This document shows, in pieces, positions 17,806 to 23,793 of a DNA stretch of 23,793 bases. Numbering within the stretch: the stretch's first letter is position 1; each line of letters opens with the position of its first letter. Under the pieces are notes generated by a model. It was not told the DNA's origin, did no database searches, and was given only the letters and a program-made list of their open reading frames with translations. Source of the stretch: an uncultured archaeon. GTDB taxonomy: Archaea; Asgardarchaeota; Lokiarchaeia; Sigyniarchaeales; Promethearchaeaceae. The stretch spans positions 1 through 23,793 of the forward strand of contig CAYRPF010000051.1 of the NCBI GenBank assembly GCA_964426185.1. The letters run 5' to 3'. The position numbers and the translations under genes were made by a program.

Positions 17806-19164
17806 TTATAATCTTCTAAGCCAAAAATCTAAACGGCGTTGTTTCTTTATATAGGGCAATAGCTGACTTGAGTGGGTCCAATATTCCAACGGAATTGAGA
17901 GCTTGCTAGCCACGCGAGATAATGCTGAATCCAATGTTTCATGAATCTTTACATTTGGCCCTTTCCATCCTTGAGCAAGTGCTTGTTTTACAGTTTCACG
18001 AATTACCCACACACCTAAAGGAACGATATATCCTCCCGAAACTTCCCGAAAAACAATTACACGTGCTTGCTTTCTGCTGTCATATAAAAATTCCTCAATT
18101 TCTTTTCGGGCGGCATAGTATGCTCCAGTTACATTACCAGCGTATTTAGTTCTCCCCTTTTCAAATTCATAATCGGTGACAATCACTGGTTTTGTGGTTT
18201 GAACTGGTGGAAAAATTCCTTCCACTTTTTGATTCCAGATTGATGACTGATTCCAACATTCATTCATTTCATATGCCCACGGTCCTGGCATAAATATAAT
18301 GACAAATTTATTATCGAGATATTCACCAAAAAATGAGTAATATTTATCGATAGATGGAAAATGTTGCAGTTTAGTTTTCAAATATTTACCAATTATATCG
18401 TCAACTGCAGTTATACTCCAACGAGTAGGTACGAGCCGCCGATTCTGTTTTACACCTAGAAGACCAGCAGAAAAAATCCGCTGAATGCTAGTGATACTCA
18501 GATCCTCAGCTCGGTATAAGTATTCTTCAATGGCGTCAGCCGCTTTCAAATCAGTGTCACTCACTGCTTTATCAACAGGTTTTAAAACTTTTACATTATC
18601 AACAATTTCGATTTTTTCCGCCCGACCACTGGGTCCTTGAGGTGGAGAATGTGTCCCGTAAAGCATTCCTACCCTTACGCGATTAAGTTTTGCTTCAGTA
18701 TCAACGGAATTTGAGGCTAATGTCAATTCTTGTGTAGCTTTCAACAGCTTTAGATTGGTTCGTGGAAGTTCTTTCTCCAATTCCATTAAGGGTAGGTTAT
18801 ATTTAATATTCATTTTGAAGTTAGATCTTACCAAACCTGAGCGAAAAGCAATGATTTCATTAATATCTTTTCCAAACCAACTTTCAGGTGAATCTAAATA
18901 GCGCGTGTCTTTTTGCGCTGAGAAATTTCCTATGGGAATCAAAGGGCCGATATTTACATATGGATAACCGACATGTCCAACGAAGACTGCAGGTGGTGAA
19001 GCGCCGAAAATATCTTGCTTGCCTTTGAATTTTCCTGGATCCACTGATAATGTACTCTTGAGAATGCTGTATTTTACTAAAATCGGACATTTTGCCTTAC
19101 CGCAGAGAAGTCGTGCTCCTTTACACCGTACGCAAATATTATCCGAAACTTGAGGTCGAACCAT
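17806..19164 (-). CDS. nreA: Nre family archaeal DNA repair protein
   Basis: N-terminal CVRCKG..LLCG...CP, SPPAVFVG..GYP, RRLVPTRWSITAVD, GAYYAAR, PLGVWVIRE, and a C-terminal PIP-box QRRLDFW. Confidence 0.92.
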   Translation of the reverse strand: MVRPQVSDNICVRCKGARLLCGKAKCPILVKYSILKSTLSVDPGKFKGKQDIFGASPPAVFVGHVGYPYVNIGPLIPIGNFSAQKDTRYLDSPESWFGKDINEIIAFRSGLVRSNFKMNIKYNLPLMELEKELPRTNLKLLKATQELTLASNSVDTEAKLNRVRVGMLYGTHSPPQGPSGRAEKIEIVDNVKVLKPVDKAVSDTDLKAADAIEEYLYRAEDLSITSIQRIFSAGLLGVKQNRRLVPTRWSITAVDDIIGKYLKTKLQHFPSIDKYYSFFGEYLDNKFVIIFMPGPWAYEMNECWNQSSIWNQKVEGIFPPVQTTKPVIVTDYEFEKGRTKYAGNVTGAYYAARKEIEEFLYDSRKQARVIVFREVSGGYIVPLGVWVIRETVKQALAQGWKGPNVKIHETLDSALSRVASKLSIPLEYWTHSSQLLPYIKKQRRLDFWLRRL

Positions 19165-19515
19165 GGAAAATTCCTCGTATTTTTATCAAATTAAGTGCTT
19201 CATTATCATTACTTTAAAGTCGAACATATAACTAAATAGGAATCAGCTTATTTGAAGATGTTCTTTCTAAAAGTTTTTACTAATAAAAAGCTAAATAAAT
19301 TATCTAGTGGTTAATAGGTGATCTTCGTTCTATTTAAAGTGTTAATCTAACCCATACATCTACTCACCATAATCTTTAATAAGATTCCCGACAAAAAAAT
19401 AGTATTGATGATTCGTTTAGACATCAATCGAAAGATTTAAAACTTATCAACATTCGAATCTTTTACCAAGAAACATTACAAAATTTCTCCAAATTTAAAG
19501 GGGGGTTATAAAAAT

Positions 19516-19728
19516 ATGAAGATCGTAACAATCAATATTCCAGATCAATATTTAGATGGTATTGAAACATTGGTTAACTTAGGTTATTTTCCATCACGCA
19601 GTGAAGCAGTACGCCAAGCATTGAAGAGTTTTTTAGCTCGTGAAGCGGAATTCAATGAAGATTTAAGTTCTGATAAGTTTTCCAAATTGAAGCAATTCCA
19701 ATTAGATACTTTGATGAACTACAAGTAA
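19516..19728 (+). CDS. Ribbon-helix-helix (CopG-family) transcriptional regulator
   Basis: MKIVTINIP..YL..IE.LV..G.FPSRSEAVRQAL; G-rich SD-like run upstream. Confidence 0.9.
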   Translation: MKIVTINIPDQYLDGIETLVNLGYFPSRSEAVRQALKSFLAREAEFNEDLSSDKFSKLKQFQLDTLMNYK

Positions 19729-19762
19729 TTTTATTTACCTAATATCCAGCTTAAAATTATCC

Positions 19763-19778
19763 CATAGTGAGTTAGGGC
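19763..19778 (+). repeat. Copy 2 of the 16-bp element CATAGTGAGTTAGGGC, followed by a T-tract
   Basis: Exact reverse complement of 15412-15427; 22 of 24 positions match when extended (19760-19783 versus 15407-15430). Confidence 0.85.
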
Positions 19779-19827
19779 ATTTTTTTTGAGTGAAAAAATT
19801 TTTATTTTTTATAAGGTTAATTTCATT

Positions 19828-19917
19828 ATGATTGCGTCTGAACCAATCCTTTGTATCTCTATTCTAACGGAGTTGTTTAAGATCATCTCGGGCGCTATTA
19901 TTCCGATTATTGCATAA
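19828..19917 (+). CDS. Putative Ile-rich leader peptide of ileS (MIASEPILCISILTELFKIISGAIIPIIA)
   Basis: ATG at 19828 to TAA at 19915-19917. 10 of 29 codons are Ile, with three Ile-Ile doublets in the last 11 codons. Directly upstream of ileS on the same strand. Confidence 0.6.
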   Translation: MIASEPILCISILTELFKIISGAIIPIIA

Positions 19918-20139
19918 TCTCTCTTCAGAGGCCGCATTTTATTTCTTGTTTCAGACGCAAGATTCATTTTAACTTTTGTCAAGAAAGTGGCTTTAATTAA
20001 AGAAAAAGGGAGATTCTTGGCCAATGGTAATTTCGATAGGTCAACAACAACAATTTAATTCAAATATCTTTTTTGGAGATGAAAATTTGTTCATCTTATT
20101 ATACGTTCACAATATTAAATCAACAATGAGGAATATCTT
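19828..20139 (+). promoter_or_regulatory. Structured ileS 5' leader (candidate attenuator)
   Basis: Perfect 11-bp stem 19832-19842 / 19950-19960; stem 19978-19985 / 20014-20021; hairpin 20077-20083 / 20090-20096 next to a T-tract at 20069-20074. Confidence 0.55.
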
Positions 20140-23100
20140 ATGAAAACATTAGGCAATCTAAACTTACTCAAAATTGAAGAAAAAATCTTGAAATGGTGGG
20201 ATAGAGAAAAGATCTATGAAAAAATAAAAGCACAAGAACCCACTGATGAAGCGCAAAAATTTCTCTTCTTAGATGGACCGCCATACACAACTGGAAATGT
20301 CCATATTGGTACTGCTTGGAACAAAATTATGAAAGATCTTGTCATAAAATACAAAAGAATGCAAGGATTCAGAGTAACTGACACTCCGGGCTATGATACG
20401 CACGGTTTACCAATAGAAGTGGTCACCGAGAAGAAATTAGGAATCAAGAACAAACAAGAAATTATCGAATTTGGATTGGATAAATTCATATCCGAGTGTC
20501 GAGCTTATGCCGAAAGCAAAATTCCAGATATGAACGAGCAGTTCAAGCGTCTCGGATGCAATTTTTGGAACTGGGAAAATCCTTATATCACTTTAAAAAA
20601 TACTTATATTCAAGGCATCTGGTGGACATTAAAGCGGGCTTGGGAAAACGGTTATCTCTATAAATTCTATAAACCCCAGAATTGTTGCCCACGTTGTGCT
20701 ACCGCGCTGGCTAAACACGAATTTGAATATCATGATATAACTGATACCGCGATATTTGTGAAATTTCAATCGGTTGATGATCCTAAGACTTTCTTTGTAA
20801 TTTGGACCACAACACCATGGACTTTAGTCTCAAACACAAATATTATGGCTAATCCTGATGTAGAATACGTTAAAATGCGCGTGAAGGATGAAAATTGGAT
20901 CATGGCGATTGCAGCTACTTCAGATTTGTTGCAAAATAAATTAAGTTTAACTGTAAACGCTGATGACGGTTTTTCCTACGGCGAACGCTATACTGGATAT
21001 GATTTGGAAGGGAAGCGGTATATTCATCCATTTGCTGATCTGGTTCCAAAACAAAAGGAATTAGAGAGAGAACAACCCTTGGTTCATACAGTGCTATTAT
21101 CCAGGGAATATGTGCAAGAAACAGGTGGAAGTGGATTGGTTCACACCGCTCCTGGACACGGGCCAGAGGATTTTGAGGTTGGAGTATCGTACAACATTCC
21201 AATCTATTCTCCAGTTGATATGGATGGGCTCTATACCGAAGAAGCAGGCAACTACTTTAAAGGGAAATATGTACATGAAGTAAATCGAGAAATAATTGAT
21301 ATGTTACGCGAGCGCGGTACTTTAGTTTATGAAGAACCGATTAGTCACGAATATGCCCACTGTTGGAGGTGTAATACAAAATTGGTATATCGAGCTACGG
21401 AACAATGGTTCTTTAAAACATCTTCTTTACGAGAACAAATGTTAAAGGAAAATGATGAAATATTTTGGATTCCAGAATATGCTGGTGCTACTAATTTTAA
21501 ATCATGGTTATCTTCACTGCAAGACTGGTGTATATCAAGACAGCGTTATTGGGGTATTCCACTTTCTATTTGGACATGCGATAACCCAAAATGTGAAAAT
21601 TTGCATGTTATTGGTTCTATGGATGAATTAAGAGAAATGGCAGGCACTTGTCCGGAAGACATTCATAAACCTTGGATCGATGAAGTTACATGGAAATGTA
21701 GTAAATGTGGAGGTACTATGAGACGTATTCCTGATGTAATGGACGTTTGGTTGGATTCAGGTTCTGTCATGTGGGCTTCACAGAAATTTGTAGATGGGCA
21801 TGAGCATTATGATACTTGGCAGCCAGCAGATTTTATCATTGAGGGAAAAGATCAAATTCGGGGTTGGTTCAATTCTCTTTTATGTAGTGCTATGGTTTCT
21901 TCCAAGCGACGGAATTATAATGCTTGTTACATGCACGGATGGACCACTAGCCATGGAACAAAAATGTCAAAATCACTTGGTAATGCACTCGATCCCCAAG
22001 ATATTATTGAAGGTAACATCGAAATTTTGACAGAACAGCAGAAAAATTATCTACGCGAACTAGCATCTGCCGAAAAAACATCAAAATTTGATAAAACCAA
22101 AAAAATCACCATTAAACACAAGAAAAAGTGGAAACCCAAATATATCAAAGATGATAAACGATGGTCCATGATTAAAGGAATTGAGACATTTCGATTTTAC
22201 TCCGTAATGGGCACTCCACCGGGCAAAGATTTGAATTTTGACTATAAAGAATACACTGATACCTTCAAAGTTATAAATACACTGTGGAATCTCTATAAAT
22301 TTGCTCAAGAAAAAATGGAACTTAATGGATTTAAACCAACAGAACACCGCATCGAAGTCAATTCGTTAAAAGGCGCTGATAAGTGGATATTAGCCAGAAC
22401 TAACACATTAATCCGAACGGTCACCGATTATTTTGAAAGATATCAACTACCATCGGTTCCTGCTGCTATTCAAGAGTACATTTTCGAAGATTTATCTCGC
22501 TGGTATATTACTTTGATTCGGGATACGGTGGAAGTTTCAAATAAAGACGATGGAAAATTTCAAACCTTGGAAGTACTTTGGCATGTTCTTTATCAATTGC
22601 TTTTATTACTGGCGCCAATTAATCCCATGCTGACCGAAGAAATATATCAAAATATCTTTCGAGATGAATTACAAGATAAACTCAAAGTTTCTATTCATCT
22701 AGAACATTGGCCTTCTCCAGTTCCAGAATATGACAATCCTGAAATAGAAGTTGAAATGAGAAGAGTTAGGAAAATAATTGATGAAGTTCGCTCATTAAAG
22801 GCTGATAACAACATCAAACTTCGATGGCCCACTCAAGGATTAATTATAGTTCCAAAGGGTGAATCTCCCAAGCCATCCTTCCCAGATTTAATCCGAGAAA
22901 TGAGTAATGTGAAAGAATTAAAAATTCGGAAAACAAAACCGAAGAATCCCGATTTTTTATCTACAGAATGGAATGAATATGCTATCTTTCTTGATATGCA
23001 AGAATCGGAAGAAATTCACCAAGAACGCATTTTACGCGATCTACTTCGGACCATTCAATTTTTGCGTAAAAGCGCCAAATTACAAACTGGTGAAATAGTA

Positions 23101-23409
23101 GAATTACATTTAAGCTCAGAAAAAAAATTTCTACAGCAAACTATCGCAAACCATGCTGAAGCCATTCGTATCAAAGTTTCAGCTGATCCTTTAGTATTTT
23201 CTCCAGTTGAAGAGCAGGATAAAAAAGCAGATGGATGGACAAGTCATAATATGCATTTCTGTATGCATGAAAATTGTTTTGCTGTAGTGCGTGAGAAGAA
23301 TGCACTGGCAATTAAAAAGGGAGAATCCTATACCTGTGGATACTGCAAAAAACCCGTAACAGTAGCAAATATGGGCATAATTCAAATTTCTTTTAAAAAA
23401 ATTAAGTAA
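20140..23409 (+). CDS. ileS: Isoleucyl-tRNA synthetase (archaeal type)
   Basis: FLDGPPY, HIGTAWNK, GYDTHGLPIE, WTTTPWTL, GLVHTAPGHG, HCWRC, DWCISRQRYWG, EGKDQIRGWF, KMSKS. Confidence 0.97.
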   Translation: MKTLGNLNLLKIEEKILKWWDREKIYEKIKAQEPTDEAQKFLFLDGPPYTTGNVHIGTAWNKIMKDLVIKYKRMQGFRVTDTPGYDTHGLPIEVVTEKKLGIKNKQEIIEFGLDKFISECRAYAESKIPDMNEQFKRLGCNFWNWENPYITLKNTYIQGIWWTLKRAWENGYLYKFYKPQNCCPRCATALAKHEFEYHDITDTAIFVKFQSVDDPKTFFVIWTTTPWTLVSNTNIMANPDVEYVKMRVKDENWIMAIAATSDLLQNKLSLTVNADDGFSYGERYTGYDLEGKRYIHPFADLVPKQKELEREQPLVHTVLLSREYVQETGGSGLVHTAPGHGPEDFEVGVSYNIPIYSPVDMDGLYTEEAGNYFKGKYVHEVNREIIDMLRERGTLVYEEPISHEYAHCWRCNTKLVYRATEQWFFKTSSLREQMLKENDEIFWIPEYAGATNFKSWLSSLQDWCISRQRYWGIPLSIWTCDNPKCENLHVIGSMDELREMAGTCPEDIHKPWIDEVTWKCSKCGGTMRRIPDVMDVWLDSGSVMWASQKFVDGHEHYDTWQPADFIIEGKDQIRGWFNSLLCSAMVSSKRRNYNACYMHGWTTSHGTKMSKSLGNALDPQDIIEGNIEILTEQQKNYLRELASAEKTSKFDKTKKITIKHKKKWKPKYIKDDKRWSMIKGIETFRFYSVMGTPPGKDLNFDYKEYTDTFKVINTLWNLYKFAQEKMELNGFKPTEHRIEVNSLKGADKWILARTNTLIRTVTDYFERYQLPSVPAAIQEYIFEDLSRWYITLIRDTVEVSNKDDGKFQTLEVLWHVLYQLLLLLAPINPMLTEEIYQNIFRDELQDKLKVSIHLEHWPSPVPEYDNPEIEVEMRRVRKIIDEVRSLKADNNIKLRWPTQGLIIVPKGESPKPSFPDLIREMSNVKELKIRKTKPKNPDFLSTEWNEYAIFLDMQESEEIHQERILRDLLRTIQFLRKSAKLQTGEIVELHLSSEKKFLQQTIANHAEAIRIKVSADPLVFSPVEEQDKKADGWTSHNMHFCMHENCFAVVREKNALAIKKGESYTCGYCKKPVTVANMGIIQISFKKIK

Positions 23410-23423
23410 AAGTAAAAGGAAAT

Positions 23424-23440
23424 CTTTTTTTTCAATATTT
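23424..23440 (+). terminator. Oligo-T terminator after ileS
   Basis: T8 tract about 15 nt after the stop codon, in a convergent gene junction. Confidence 0.4.
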
Positions 23441-23691
23441 TATCTTCTATATTTATCAATAATGACTTTACTTAAGGAATATGCATATTTTTTTAAATCC
23501 AAAATTAATTTTTGTTGAGTTAACTCTCTCAATACTGAAACATATAAGGAATTAAATAATTGCTCTAATTCTTCTATTTTTTCAAAAATTTCAGTAATTT
23601 TTTTCCAATCCGCCGCCCATTCTTCATCCCATGCTTCATCATACACTGTTTTATAGGGAAAGACCATAGTTGGCATAACTTCGGGTGTCAT
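23440..23691 (-). CDS. Small hypothetical helical protein
   Basis: 83-aa ORF with amphipathic helices; TATA-like TTTATA/TATAAA at about 23717-23730. Confidence 0.65.
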   Translation of the reverse strand: MTPEVMPTMVFPYKTVYDEAWDEEWAADWKKITEIFEKIEELEQLFNSLYVSVLRELTQQKLILDLKKYAYSLSKVIIDKYRR

Positions 23692-23793
23692 CGTTCTTTC
23701 ATAGTACTTGATTGACTTTATACATATAAATGTATCTATCTCTTGGAATAGTCGAAAAATAAAATATCTATGCGCCTTTGTTAGTTGAAAATA

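Noticed and set aside
15412-19778. Autonomous transposon, plasmid partition cassette or provirus
   Set aside because: No transposase, integrase, ParA or viral genes, no target-site duplication, and nreA is a normal chromosomal gene.
19809-20024. 71-aa minus-strand ORF
   Set aside because: TTG start, no motif, antisense to the ileS leader; likely a shadow ORF.
19828-20139. T-box riboswitch upstream of ileS
   Set aside because: No recognisable T-box antiterminator consensus (GGUGGNACC) or stem-I AG/GNUG motifs.
1310-23385. Short antisense or overlapping ORFs in the track (e.g. 1310-1531, 1776-1979, 8781-9116, 11640-11927, 13953-14273, 20915-21202)
   Set aside because: They lie within or opposite well-supported genes and show no motifs.
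1-23793. CRISPR array, tRNA or rRNA genes
   Set aside because: No regularly spaced repeats, cloverleaf or rRNA-like GC-rich segments were seen in the intergenic regions.

Overview
AT-rich archaeal chromosomal window, most consistent with an Asgard archaeon (Lokiarchaeia-like). Supporting genes: an ESCRT-III/Snf7 gene next to a degenerate Rag-like small GTPase fused to wHTH and longin/roadblock-like domains, a uDENN/longin-like protein, type II DHQ synthase, CDC48, a PSTK-like kinase, NreA and archaeal-type IleRS. It also carries a bacterial (clostridial-style) metF / reactivation domain / split metH operon. The most notable unannotated signal is a 29-codon, Ile-rich upstream ORF (10 Ile) embedded in a structured ~310-nt leader in front of ileS, which looks like leader-peptide attenuation in an archaeon. 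Other notable items are a tandem pair of stand-alone ParB/Srx-like (DGHHR) genes, a 16-bp perfect inverted repeat bracketing a 4.4-kb segment containing them, a long palindrome at the hsp20 promoter, and a ~50-aa basic insertion after KMSKS in IleRS. All assignments come from reading motifs by eye; no database searches were run.
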